From the IMG/VR virus record IMGVR_UViG_3300023100_000001, positions 1-47,769 of that record: a stretch of DNA of 47,769 bases, one strand, 5' to 3'. The DNA is from a virus (lineage: Duplodnaviria; Caudoviricetes). This document shows positions 26,397-35,576 of the stretch, in pieces (the stretch's first letter is position 1; every line of letters starts with the position of its first letter). The notes beneath the pieces were generated by a model. The model saw nothing but the letters and a program-made list of their open reading frames with translations, did not search any database and was not told where the DNA came from. A program made the position numbers and the translations under genes.

Positions 26397-27230
26397 TTAA
26401 TAACCCTGAGTTTTCAATCTATCAAAATACTCTTTTGAAATAGGCATTAACCTGTGACGACAATTGTAGCCGCCGACGTTTAAAAATGGATCGTACGGGC
26501 TTGATTTTCCTTCCCATGTTAATTTTCTCCATGATTCGACTTGTTTTTTAGTGAATGCCTTTCTGTTTCTATGTTCGCAAAAGTCCCGGCTCCTTTGTAC
26601 CAGGCCGCCTGTAAATCTGTAATAATTATCCAGATCTAACCCCTTTGCCATTTCCTCCACCACGAAACGATCTCCCTCCATGAAGGTATCATTCAGCTCA
26701 GTTTTAATGTGAGAAAGCGCTTTTGTGTCTTTAACGAACCATTTATTTATGTCCTTTTTTAATTCGACATAATTTTTGCCCTTCAGTACCTCCTTTAGAA
26801 TAACTTTCCTGGCACGGATTGCATCTTTGCGCCTGACGGACATTTTGTCAAATACCTTTGCCCGCTTCATCATTTTAGGGAGTGTAGATTTTTCAATATT
26901 TTCTACCCTTTTCCGCTCAATATCAAATGCCTCAAAATATGGTGATGAGTTAGGTATCAGAGTTAGGTAATCAGCAATGGAAAGTTTCGCTAACTGCGAC
27001 AAGTCAATACTTGGCATAATTGTGATCACTTTATTGAGTAGTGCCATATTGTGCGCATTTCTCAATATCTTTCCCGTGTCGTCCATCTCAAGTTTAGAAA
27101 GCACTTCCTTATCAATCCTTTCAAACATGGAAGCACTGACCCGGGTCAAACGCATAAGCAAACGTTTATCAAGTTCGTCAATAAACTCCTGTTGCTTTAG
27201 GGTAATTCTATCAAATTGCCCTGTCGTCAA
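26397..27230 (-). CDS. Head morphogenesis / minor capsid protein (MuF-like)
   Basis: Follows portal; RSRDFCEHR...GGYNCRHRL. Confidence 0.8.
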   Translation of the reverse strand: MTTGQFDRITLKQQEFIDELDKRLLMRLTRVSASMFERIDKEVLSKLEMDDTGKILRNAHNMALLNKVITIMPSIDLSQLAKLSIADYLTLIPNSSPYFEAFDIERKRVENIEKSTLPKMMKRAKVFDKMSVRRKDAIRARKVILKEVLKGKNYVELKKDINKWFVKDTKALSHIKTELNDTFMEGDRFVVEEMAKGLDLDNYYRFTGGLVQRSRDFCEHRNRKAFTKKQVESWRKLTWEGKSSPYDPFLNVGGYNCRHRLMPISKEYFDRLKTQGY

Positions 27231-29001
27231 CTGCTTCAGCTTTTACATCGTACTTAACTATGATTTCATCAACTGCCTTGTCAATAAGTTTTTGCTGAAT
27301 GGCAATATCCTTTATTTTATAAAAATTGAGCGGCTGACCTCCATCTGTTTTTTTGGATTCAATATTCCGTTTTACTTCTTCGAAATAAGTATAAAGAACA
27401 CGTTTTTTATCCGTTACCGGAACCTCAACAAGCAGATTTAGCCTTTCTGTTACACCTATTTCTTTCCATGGACGGAACATTTCCCAGGTTCTTACCCATA
27501 ACACATTGTCGTGATCACCTTGAGATTGTTTTACTAAGATCTTGGTATCAATATTTTCAATGGCCGGATAAGGGAGACCGGCATCCAGCGCATTTTTTCG
27601 CATTGCGATCAGCTGATCAAGCGTTTCAAGCTGGAAATCTTTAGGGTATTCATGATTAACATATAGACCCTTATCGACACCCATGTATATAGCACACTGT
27701 TTTAGAGTCTGCTTATACAGTCTTGAAAAATTGGAGCCGTGCTTGTACAGAACTGCATTGATATTATCAAGGTCGATAACCTTTTCCGTTGCGGTAACAT
27801 TCTGCTGAATCTCTGACTTGTCGACCAACTGAGTATTCAGAATGGTTATTTGAAGATCTTCAATACAGCGATCAATGTTTTCTCTTTGCTGTTCAATTAT
27901 TTCTACCGGAATTTTGACATAATGCACCATCTCGGTAAGCGGAATATGCTCTTCCTTGCCGTCCGGCTTTCTGACAATTATTACATCTTGTGGCGAAATG
28001 TGAATTTTGAGGCCTACACCATCACATGAAGGACACTTTCTTTTACTTCCTTCATATCCGAGATATCCTTCATTGCACCTTACTATTTCTTCACCGTCAT
28101 TCTCTTCATACAAACAATCATTACCCATTTGTATTTTCTGAAAGAATCCGTGCAAGGCCATTGAAAGATCATATTCAGATCCGTCATTGATCAGCCTTTT
28201 GAAAATCTTCATTGCCGGCTGCAATATTGAAACAAATGTCCTCCTACCGGTTTTTACATCCCTGATATACCCCGCCTTAAATACAGGAGTTACCTTTGAT
28301 TTTGTTTCAGAAACGGTAAAAACAAACTTTCTGCCATCTTCTACCGTAAAGGTAAACTCAGGCTTTGCTGTTTCGCCTTCTTCCATCTGCTTTGCGACAA
28401 TACTGATATCAGGAGCAAGCATTGTGAACTTATCAAGCGTATTGGTAGCGTCAGCTGCAATCACTTTTTGGCGGGCAATGAACCAATCAACAGTATTAAT
28501 GGTTTCGCTCCATCTGTAAACCTCTGATGATGGAAATTCAACCGGATATGGGACATTTATGCCATCAACCTTTTTAAAGTTGATCATTAGCCAGGCATTA
28601 GGATCATAATAGGAATTAAACTGAACGAACTGATGTAGATATTCAGATAGGCTTAATCCTTGATAAAATTCTGCCTGAATTCCTGCAATCTTAGACTTGT
28701 CCGCTGCATCATTTTCGTAATAAACATTATCCACTACATTGTCAACCCTTTTTATTTTATCGGTAAGGGTGACGAATCTGTTTGCTTCTGCCTCAGTCCG
28801 GCTTATGGTTATATCAACTCTCTGATTTTTCTGATCCGGTGTTTCTCTACTGCGATACGAAAGAACCATTTTTTCCTGTCCGTCACCGGTCATGATAGCA
28901 TGATAATCTTTTGCAAGTTCAACCGTTCTGCCATAATCCTGATGTGGCTTATTCTCGCTGATCGCTTCTTTAAAAATGTCGAATAATTCCTGAGTCGTCA
29001 T
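27211..29001 (-). CDS. Portal protein
   Basis: 596 aa directly after TerL; TATEKVID motif; CPSCDGVG insertion. Confidence 0.8.
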   Translation of the reverse strand: MTTQELFDIFKEAISENKPHQDYGRTVELAKDYHAIMTGDGQEKMVLSYRSRETPDQKNQRVDITISRTEAEANRFVTLTDKIKRVDNVVDNVYYENDAADKSKIAGIQAEFYQGLSLSEYLHQFVQFNSYYDPNAWLMINFKKVDGINVPYPVEFPSSEVYRWSETINTVDWFIARQKVIAADATNTLDKFTMLAPDISIVAKQMEEGETAKPEFTFTVEDGRKFVFTVSETKSKVTPVFKAGYIRDVKTGRRTFVSILQPAMKIFKRLINDGSEYDLSMALHGFFQKIQMGNDCLYEENDGEEIVRCNEGYLGYEGSKRKCPSCDGVGLKIHISPQDVIIVRKPDGKEEHIPLTEMVHYVKIPVEIIEQQRENIDRCIEDLQITILNTQLVDKSEIQQNVTATEKVIDLDNINAVLYKHGSNFSRLYKQTLKQCAIYMGVDKGLYVNHEYPKDFQLETLDQLIAMRKNALDAGLPYPAIENIDTKILVKQSQGDHDNVLWVRTWEMFRPWKEIGVTERLNLLVEVPVTDKKRVLYTYFEEVKRNIESKKTDGGQPLNFYKIKDIAIQQKLIDKAVDEIIVKYDVKAEAVDDRAI

Positions 29002-29002
29002 A

Positions 29003-30520
29003 TTATGATTGTTTCATTTTTAGCCATTTTCCCCAATTGTAGCACACAAATCCATCCGTAGCATCGGACATGTGACCATATTTCTCTACCATCTCGCCCT
29101 CAACGTCCACCTTCTTTTTTGATTTTGCTCCGTTGATATCCTCTTTCTGATTTTCAAAGTCTGCAATAGTATATTTGCACTTCTGATCTATTTTTATATC
29201 TACCGGATATTTTCCACGAAATACACCATTCATAAATTCCCTTCTGCCAATGGTTCCCTTCCCGGTTGCGTTGTGTCTTGGGTTTTGTCTCAATAATCTA
29301 AGGCTTGATGTTTTCACCAATCCGGAAAGTTCTTTTTTTACCACATTGAAGTAATTTTGAACTGATCTTATTGGCATGCGTGAATTTCCCGAAGAGTCAC
29401 CATAGACAAATAAACCCGGACCACATAGATGCTCATAATCTCTGCGGAATGCATCGCATATGCTCTCAATGTCATTTTTTGGGGCTTTCATTGCATACTC
29501 ATCAATACACCTTGCTTCATCTCTCTGGCCTCTTGGTATAACCTGCCAGACCTGCATCGTCATATAAGGCTTTACGTTAAAATCGAGTGAGATATGTAAT
29601 GGCAATCCAGATACATATGGATAATGCCCTATGTGCTTAACTGCCGAAAATGAGCTGTAGTATTCTGATCCGGACTTCGCAAACGGAGATCCGTAAACAA
29701 GTCTTTCCGCTTCATCTTCTGTTAAATCCGCAAGCCTTTCTGAAATATAGTTCGATGGAAGGTTTTTTGCATTGTGATAAGTCGAGGCAATTACTACATG
29801 CCTGTTACCGATCATTGCATCAAAATAATCCGTGTCCGAATAAATGGATTTTACTATTTCTTCCCGGTGATCATCAAGTTTGAAATAGGTATTTAGCCAA
29901 TCAACTCTACCAGGTTTAGTAAACACATAAAGAGGATTGCACGGCTCAGTTCCGGTACTTGAATAAGGAAATCCACCTGAGCGGTCAATATAAACTCCTT
30001 CCTGTCTTAACCTTGCAGTAATTACCGTTCGGAGCGCATCTTCTTTTGTGTCTGATGTTTCGTCAAGTAATGCCCATGCAACGGTACGTCCTTCAATAGC
30101 CTCGTAATTATCGAGGGATGCAAGCATGACCACCGCACCATTTTTGAAATATATTTTATTGTGGTTATTCAGGAAGGTGTGCCCGTGATCTGTAAAGTGT
30201 TCCGGAGGTTGCTTATTAAACACAAAGCATCCATCTGGATTTACCTTCGTAAACTCCGATACACCCATTGTGCGCCACATGGAAAATATTTCCTTTAGCG
30301 TTGAATCCGATAATTGATTGTAGGTATTTGCGGCAATAAGACCAACTGCTGATGGCAAATAGGAAACAAAGCAATAAGACAATCCAGCCATTATTGCAGT
30401 CTTTCCAATACCCTGACCGCCCATGAATAGGTTACGTGATGCCGGGACTGTAAGAATAGAGGTTTGCGGCCTACTATATTCTATCGTCGGATGCGGCGCT
30501 TCCTGTACTGCTGTTGACAA
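29003..30520 (-). CDS. terL: Terminase large subunit
   Basis: GGQGIGKT Walker A, ALLDE Walker B, SLDFNV...GDSSG...HMSDA nuclease motifs. Confidence 0.93.
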   Translation of the reverse strand: MSTAVQEAPHPTIEYSRPQTSILTVPASRNLFMGGQGIGKTAIMAGLSYCFVSYLPSAVGLIAANTYNQLSDSTLKEIFSMWRTMGVSEFTKVNPDGCFVFNKQPPEHFTDHGHTFLNNHNKIYFKNGAVVMLASLDNYEAIEGRTVAWALLDETSDTKEDALRTVITARLRQEGVYIDRSGGFPYSSTGTEPCNPLYVFTKPGRVDWLNTYFKLDDHREEIVKSIYSDTDYFDAMIGNRHVVIASTYHNAKNLPSNYISERLADLTEDEAERLVYGSPFAKSGSEYYSSFSAVKHIGHYPYVSGLPLHISLDFNVKPYMTMQVWQVIPRGQRDEARCIDEYAMKAPKNDIESICDAFRRDYEHLCGPGLFVYGDSSGNSRMPIRSVQNYFNVVKKELSGLVKTSSLRLLRQNPRHNATGKGTIGRREFMNGVFRGKYPVDIKIDQKCKYTIADFENQKEDINGAKSKKKVDVEGEMVEKYGHMSDATDGFVCYNWGKWLKMKQS

Positions 30521-30815
30521 TAATGATGTTCTTTAACTGATTAATCAGCGAGGTATGCTCCCGCCTCAATAAAAGTGCATCATCTTCGAAGTCGAGGTTT
30601 TGTCGTAGTGTCTTATTGGCTTTGCGTGATAATCTGTGATACTGTGCTTTAAGAGCCGTGAATGCAACATCATCTTCTGCAATGCAAAAAGCACGCTGAA
30701 ACTCTATGATGCCCTCTTTGAGATTACCGCCTTTTTTGCGGAACCCCTCCACGAACCCGAAAAGTAGCAAATCAACACGTCTAAAATCATAAGACAGTAG
30801 TTCCCTAGCCTCCAT
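30474..30815 (-). CDS. Hypothetical protein upstream of terL (possible DNA-binding regulator)
   Basis: 113 aa, preceded by TATCTTTG (30830-30837). Confidence 0.7.
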   Translation of the reverse strand: MEARELLSYDFRRVDLLLFGFVEGFRKKGGNLKEGIIEFQRAFCIAEDDVAFTALKAQYHRLSRKANKTLRQNLDFEDDALLLRREHTSLINQLKNIIIVNSSTGSAASDDRI

Positions 30816-30829
30816 ATTAAAGGTTTTAA

Positions 30830-30898
30830 CAAAGATATGATTATTTTGGTGATATGAGAAAATTTATTCATATTTTGGTAATATTCTCATTATATTTG
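30830..30898. promoter_or_regulatory. Divergent promoter pair driving the terL-portal operon and the plus-strand block
   Basis: TATCTTTG (minus, 30830-30837), TATATTTG (plus, 30891-30898), TATTTTGGTRATAT at 30842 and 30871, ATGAGAA/TTCTCAT inverted repeat. Confidence 0.7.
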
Positions 30899-30902
30899 CA
30901 TT

Positions 30903-31370
30903 ATGGCCGCAAATAATGGATCGCCGCAGATTGAAAGGCTTGCAAAAGCAAGAACTAACTTTGCTAAATTAGCAGTTAAGGCAGTGATGCAGGTAGCCAT
31001 TGATTTGAATGCTAAGATTGCGGATCGTGTCCAAAATGAGGGCAAAAATGCAGAAGGCGAAGATTTCGGAACCTATGCCACAATGACCCAAGAGTACAAG
31101 AAGAAAAAAGGCCATGATCTGGCACCATTCCCACAGGTAAATTTTACAGATACCGGACAGATGTTCAACAGCATCCGACCGGAAATAAAAAAGCAATCAA
31201 ATTCAGAAATAGTAGTTGAGATTTCTGCTCATGGCGCATTCAATAAGTTTAAGATGGATAAGAATGTAGACAGGTTCGGAACAATCATAGAGGCATCACC
31301 TGACGAATTAAAAGAAGCTTTTGAAGATGTCGGAATTGCAATAGGCAGAGAAGTTGATCGAAATTTATAA
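30903..31370 (+). CDS. Neck/tail-completion protein (HK97 gp10 / virion morphogenesis-like)
   Basis: VNFTDTGQMFNSI motif; 155 aa. Confidence 0.7.
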   Translation: MAANNGSPQIERLAKARTNFAKLAVKAVMQVAIDLNAKIADRVQNEGKNAEGEDFGTYATMTQEYKKKKGHDLAPFPQVNFTDTGQMFNSIRPEIKKQSNSEIVVEISAHGAFNKFKMDKNVDRFGTIIEASPDELKEAFEDVGIAIGREVDRNL

Positions 31371-31376
31371 AAACGT

Positions 31377-31604
31377 ATGGCAGAATTAAGACACTTATCA
31401 ACAATCACCAGAGAGGAAATGATGGATGTTACACAGGCATTAAATGCAGGGATGACACGACCGGAAGTTGAAGAAATGTATTCTGATGGATTTATTGAAT
31501 CAACATATTCTTATGAAAATGCGGCACGTGAAGATTTTGACCAAATAGAACTTGACTACCTTATTGCAAAAGGATTTGATGTAACGCCAATAATGAATAA
31601 ATGA
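31377..31604 (+). CDS. Hypothetical protein
   Basis: 75-aa coupled ORF. Confidence 0.65.
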   Translation: MAELRHLSTITREEMMDVTQALNAGMTRPEVEEMYSDGFIESTYSYENAAREDFDQIELDYLIAKGFDVTPIMNK

Positions 31605-31819
31605 TCGAAGTATATCCATGTGGAACCCTTGTTGATATTCCAATTGCGGGAGGCATCCGAGGACACATAACAGAAGTAAATATTATCTGTGAATTAGTTT
31701 CATACAATGTGATGTACTTCAGTGACGGGCAAAAGCAAACAGTCTGGCTGTACGAATATCAATTTAATGTTTCCAAAGCTGCAAAAACGCCAATTGGATT
31801 TAAACAACTTAACCCATGA
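31601..31819 (+). CDS. Hypothetical SH3-like protein
   Basis: 72-aa coupled ORF. Confidence 0.65.
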   Translation: MIEVYPCGTLVDIPIAGGIRGHITEVNIICELVSYNVMYFSDGQKQTVWLYEYQFNVSKAAKTPIGFKQLNP

Positions 31820-31938
31820 TCCTATTCCTCCTTATCCTAAAACTATGCACTACTCCAATGCTTCCTGAGAGTGCGCCAAAAGTGATAAAAACGGAGCGGA
31901 CATTGACAAGGTATGAACGAAGAAAAATGAGGAGATGA
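31816..31938 (+). CDS. Small hypothetical protein (40 aa, not in ORF track)
   Basis: MILFLLILKLC...RRKMRR; ATGA overlaps on both sides. Confidence 0.55.
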   Translation: MILFLLILKLCTTPMLPESAPKVIKTERTLTRYERRKMRR

Positions 31939-32177
31939 GTGAAATTAACAGATGCGAAGATCTTCCAAAAACATTACCTGAAACCCATGATCCAAATGTG
32001 ATTGATTTTGACATGTACGGGGCACCTTGTAGGATTTTTGTAAATACGGGGTACGTTTACCATTGTGGGCAAATAATTGGCAAAGGTAAGGTTACAGATA
32101 AAATTGAACTTATATCTATGAATGAATTAGGTAAAAGAATATGGTTAAGATATCGTGGTAAAAAATGGGAAGATTGA
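31935..32177 (+). CDS. Hypothetical protein
   Basis: 80 aa. Confidence 0.65.
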   Translation: MSEINRCEDLPKTLPETHDPNVIDFDMYGAPCRIFVNTGYVYHCGQIIGKGKVTDKIELISMNELGKRIWLRYRGKKWED

Positions 32178-32178
32178 G

Positions 32179-32286
32179 ATGAAACAACACAATCCATATA
32201 AAGAATCTGAGAGACTTGAAAAAATATACATCATTGTGCTTATGCTATTTTTAATAGGATGGGCGGTATTATTTTGTAGCATATGA
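32179..32286 (+). CDS. Small membrane peptide (35 aa, not in ORF track)
   Basis: MKQHNPYKESERLEKIYIIVLMLFLIGWAVLFCSI; fills the gap exactly. Confidence 0.6.
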   Translation: MKQHNPYKESERLEKIYIIVLMLFLIGWAVLFCSI

Positions 32287-32555
32287 GCGACGCAGTACGA
32301 AATCCAATGCCATTTACAGACCGTGAAGGCAAAAGAATTTATATGCAAAGTTCTAACTTCAAAAGAAATGAGATTGTTAGAAATGGAAAGAGTGGCTTTA
32401 AGGTTACGTGGGATGTTTCTTATGTATATGAAGATGGAACTATATTTTCTTTTGGATTTTCGCCAAAACACGATACAGAATTAAGCGGAGATACATTAGG
32501 CAAACTATATTTTTCCGACGAAGGAGCTGAATCAGAAGAAGAATTAAAGGAATGA
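32283..32555 (+). CDS. Hypothetical protein
   Basis: 90 aa, coupled. Confidence 0.65.
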   Translation: MSDAVRNPMPFTDREGKRIYMQSSNFKRNEIVRNGKSGFKVTWDVSYVYEDGTIFSFGFSPKHDTELSGDTLGKLYFSDEGAESEEELKE

Positions 32556-32749
32556 CAGAAGCGGATCACATTCGACGATATAAAAAGGATATTGTTAAAC
32601 TACAGCAAAGAATTTCAGCAGAGCATCTGGTTAATCAAAGGCTTATAAATCTTTTGCGATTGTGTCACAATCAAGAGCCAAATGGATTGCTGAAAGACAT
32701 GATAAAAACAGAATTAGAGTCATTAATTTTTCAATATAGAGTAAGATGA
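32552..32749 (+). CDS. Hypothetical coiled-coil protein
   Basis: 65 aa, coupled. Confidence 0.65.
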   Translation: MTEADHIRRYKKDIVKLQQRISAEHLVNQRLINLLRLCHNQEPNGLLKDMIKTELESLIFQYRVR

Positions 32750-33138
32750 GCTTAACAATAATCTTTTCGATAATAATTGTCCATTGGATAGCGGATTTTG
32801 TCTTTCAAACTGAATGGATGGCATTAAATAAGAGCAAAGAAAATTCAGCTTTGGGGTGGCATGCATTTGTTTATTCTGCTATATTCTTTATTGCAGGAGT
32901 TATTTACGGGGAAATGTACATGGGGGAAGATCGAAGACCTATTGTTTATTTTGCTTTGGTGACTTTTGTATTACACTTTTTAACTGACTATATAACAAGC
33001 CGAATAACAAGTAGGCAATTCCGTGACAAAATCTACTATCAAATACCGCCAAAATTAGGTGCATTTGCAGTTATTGGATTAGATCAAGTTATTCATTACG
33101 TTTCACTTATTCTCGCATTTAAATACTTTTTATTATGA
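32746..33138 (+). CDS. DUF3307-family membrane protein
   Basis: HWIADFVFQT...H...HFLTDY...IGLDQVIH. Confidence 0.85.
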   Translation: MSLTIIFSIIIVHWIADFVFQTEWMALNKSKENSALGWHAFVYSAIFFIAGVIYGEMYMGEDRRPIVYFALVTFVLHFLTDYITSRITSRQFRDKIYYQIPPKLGAFAVIGLDQVIHYVSLILAFKYFLL

Positions 33139-33725
33139 CCACAGAACAAATAAAGGCTAAGATAGCCAAGAAGGAAGCGAAGATTGCAGAATTGAAAATG
33201 CAACTTGCAGGGGCAGCACTCCAAAACTTAGGAAAAGCAATAGCCGATCATTTAAAAAATCAGCCACAGCCAAAAGAATCTGCAAGCGGTGGATATGTTC
33301 AGAAGGAAGGGGAGCGGGTTATTAATCCGGTTAGCCCAATGCTATTCCCGACCAGAGTTGAGTTATTGGAAAAAAACCACAATTCCCTTTACAATTGGAC
33401 AACAGATAAAGTCAAATCTATTGAGGATCGCTTGGATAAAATAGAAATGGTAATGCCTCATATTGAATGGACTCTTGAGGACGTTGAAGGAGTGGACACG
33501 GGCAAACTACGAAATGATAGTCCGTTCCATAGAATGGAAAGGCATATTTACACCAACTCCACAGGCTCTGCAAAATCATGTAAAACAGATCAATGCAACG
33601 TTAAAGATGAGTACGCTGAATTGCTGGAAGAAATAAGATCACAAAATATGGGCTGGGAAAGAGTGGATGACGGATTCTCAACAACTATTATTTTCAAAGC
33701 GCCTTCATGCGGCAACAAATTCTAA
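33135..33725 (+). CDS. Hypothetical coiled-coil protein
   Basis: 196 aa; contains ASGGYV...GERVI. Confidence 0.65.
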   Translation: MTTEQIKAKIAKKEAKIAELKMQLAGAALQNLGKAIADHLKNQPQPKESASGGYVQKEGERVINPVSPMLFPTRVELLEKNHNSLYNWTTDKVKSIEDRLDKIEMVMPHIEWTLEDVEGVDTGKLRNDSPFHRMERHIYTNSTGSAKSCKTDQCNVKDEYAELLEEIRSQNMGWERVDDGFSTTIIFKAPSCGNKF

Positions 33726-33729
33726 TCTT

Positions 33730-34341
33730 ATGCTAACACTACTCTCACAACACATAGAAAACAAACTGTCAACACTGCCATACTTTGATGTGTGGGGTGG
33801 CGTTGTTAAGCCTTTTGAAAGGAAAAAGGATGATGGCACAACTCAAACAGTTCCGCTTTCGTGTGGGCAGGATTATAATGATTGCCTGAATGATCCATAC
33901 AGATTAATCACTGCTGATGATTCGAAACTTTCGGTAATGTATCTGGAAGCCGCCGATGAAGTAACGCTGTCAAATGATGGCTTAGGAGTCGGCAGAATAG
34001 AAACTTCTTTTGATTTGATCGTATGGCTCAATCTGCCAAAGCTTGGATATGAAGATTATTGCGGCGCACAAGCTTTCTTTTCAATGCAGTTTCAGAAATT
34101 ACTGAACTTTAAGCATAAAGTAAGAGCGGAAAATATTGATATTTCTTATGCAGTTACATCTGATCGAACCGATACGGATAACCCTTTTGAGAAATATGAT
34201 TATGATGCATTGCGTCTGATCCTACGACCCTATACTTACATTGTGTTAAGAATGTCCGCAATTGGTAGAATTGGATTATCTTGCCTTGATAATTATGAAC
34301 CTGGAGCAGAAATAGAGTGTTATGATGGAGAAACAACTTAA
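33730..34341 (+). CDS. Probable tail terminator / tail-completion protein
   Basis: LIVWLNLPKLG...PFEKYDY...RPY pattern and size; ATG at 33730 preferred over 33667. Confidence 0.55.
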   Translation: MLTLLSQHIENKLSTLPYFDVWGGVVKPFERKKDDGTTQTVPLSCGQDYNDCLNDPYRLITADDSKLSVMYLEAADEVTLSNDGLGVGRIETSFDLIVWLNLPKLGYEDYCGAQAFFSMQFQKLLNFKHKVRAENIDISYAVTSDRTDTDNPFEKYDYDALRLILRPYTYIVLRMSAIGRIGLSCLDNYEPGAEIECYDGETT

Positions 34342-34350
34342 TTATATTGC

Positions 34351-34674
34351 ATGGAAATAAAATTTGAACAAGGAAGCGAAGAAATACTTTGGTTTCCAGA
34401 TGACTTTAATATACAAGGGGCAAACGTTGAACAAAGCGACGACAACTTATCTGGTGTTTCTACATTCAATATCTTAAAAATAAGAGCAGGGATGTCATCT
34501 GATGCGGCGCAATATGGCCTTCACTTCCATATTAAATCTGAAATTATGAGAGGCGACAATACTGAAAGGGTAGATGACTTTGTTTCTACATCTATGTTTT
34601 TTAGTAAAACTAAACTACTTTATATGAGAAAGTTCATTGATGCTTTTTTTGAGAATGAAGCTCAAAATAAATGA
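34351..34674 (+). CDS. Hypothetical protein
   Basis: 107 aa. Confidence 0.65.
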   Translation: MEIKFEQGSEEILWFPDDFNIQGANVEQSDDNLSGVSTFNILKIRAGMSSDAAQYGLHFHIKSEIMRGDNTERVDDFVSTSMFFSKTKLLYMRKFIDAFFENEAQNK

Positions 34675-34853
34675 AATTTACCAAAGAACAATTAAAGGAA
34701 GCCTTAAAAGAAGATCATGAAGTGGCACTCAGCAGGGCATTAGATGGATTCGTGAGAACATTAACACCTGAACAAATAAAGCAATTACAAACCGAAGCAG
34801 ACCTAAAAGAGTTTGATGAGGTATTTTTAATGGACACAATTAAGAACAAATGA
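34671..34853 (+). CDS. Hypothetical protein
   Basis: 60 aa, coupled. Confidence 0.65.
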   Translation: MKFTKEQLKEALKEDHEVALSRALDGFVRTLTPEQIKQLQTEADLKEFDEVFLMDTIKNK

Positions 34854-35089
34854 AATATTTAATACTACTTTCCCTATTCCTATTTTCCTGCTCAAAAGAT
34901 GATGCAGATAAAACACCTTGTTATGCCTGCAAGGACATACAATATAAGTTTACCAATGGAGTAAAGACCATAACAGAAACAACTGAATACGACACTTGCA
35001 TGACCAAGCAACAAATAGATGTTTGGGTATCAGAAGGATCATACTCGCATGGTAGCTTTAATTATGAAACCAAGTGCACTGAAAAGTGA
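34850..35089 (+). CDS. Small lipoprotein
   Basis: MKYLILLSLFLFSC-SKDD lipobox with acidic stretch; CYAC plus two further Cys. Confidence 0.8.
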   Translation: MKYLILLSLFLFSCSKDDADKTPCYACKDIQYKFTNGVKTITETTEYDTCMTKQQIDVWVSEGSYSHGSFNYETKCTEK

Positions 35090-35575
35090 TCACTTATTCA
35101 ATTTAAACACCGGTGCTGGCATTATCGCATTCCCTTTTGTGGTGTGATCTATCTCCTGCTTATCCACAAGTCCAATATACTTACTTGTTTTCGTTGGGTT
35201 AAATATTCCCACTGCACCACCTGAGTAGTTATCCTCCCAGATCATATAATGCATTTGATTAAGCACGTCAATAAATTCCGGGTAAACACCATCTTTATTC
35301 AATCGGTAATGCTCAAAGTTGGGCAATTTATTTTGAAACAACCATGCATAAAATCCATTCCATGTTAAAGGTCGCTCACGGTCGACCGCAACGGTGAAAG
35401 CTTCTTTCTGGATTAAAACATTCTCTTTTCTTGGATTGCTTTTCGCCCACTGAACATATTCAAGGAATTTCTCCCAGATAGCTTCTGTGGTCCACAACTT
35501 AACGCCTCCGGTTAACTTTCCTGTGGCCGGATCTTGCGTTGCTTTTCTTTTTGCTTTTGGGTTTTTAGGTGTCAT
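35090..35575 (-). CDS. terS: Terminase small subunit (P22 gp3-like)
   Basis: RPLTWNGFYAWL, GAVGIFNP...IGLVDKQEIDHT; likely start at 35575. Confidence 0.85.
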   Translation of the reverse strand: MTPKNPKAKRKATQDPATGKLTGGVKLWTTEAIWEKFLEYVQWAKSNPRKENVLIQKEAFTVAVDRERPLTWNGFYAWLFQNKLPNFEHYRLNKDGVYPEFIDVLNQMHYMIWEDNYSGGAVGIFNPTKTSKYIGLVDKQEIDHTTKGNAIMPAPVFKLNK

Positions 35576-35576
35576 C

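Noticed and set aside
30830-35095. Actively invertible (shufflon-type) segment
   Set aside because: No matching inverted repeats at the two ends and no dedicated invertase seen
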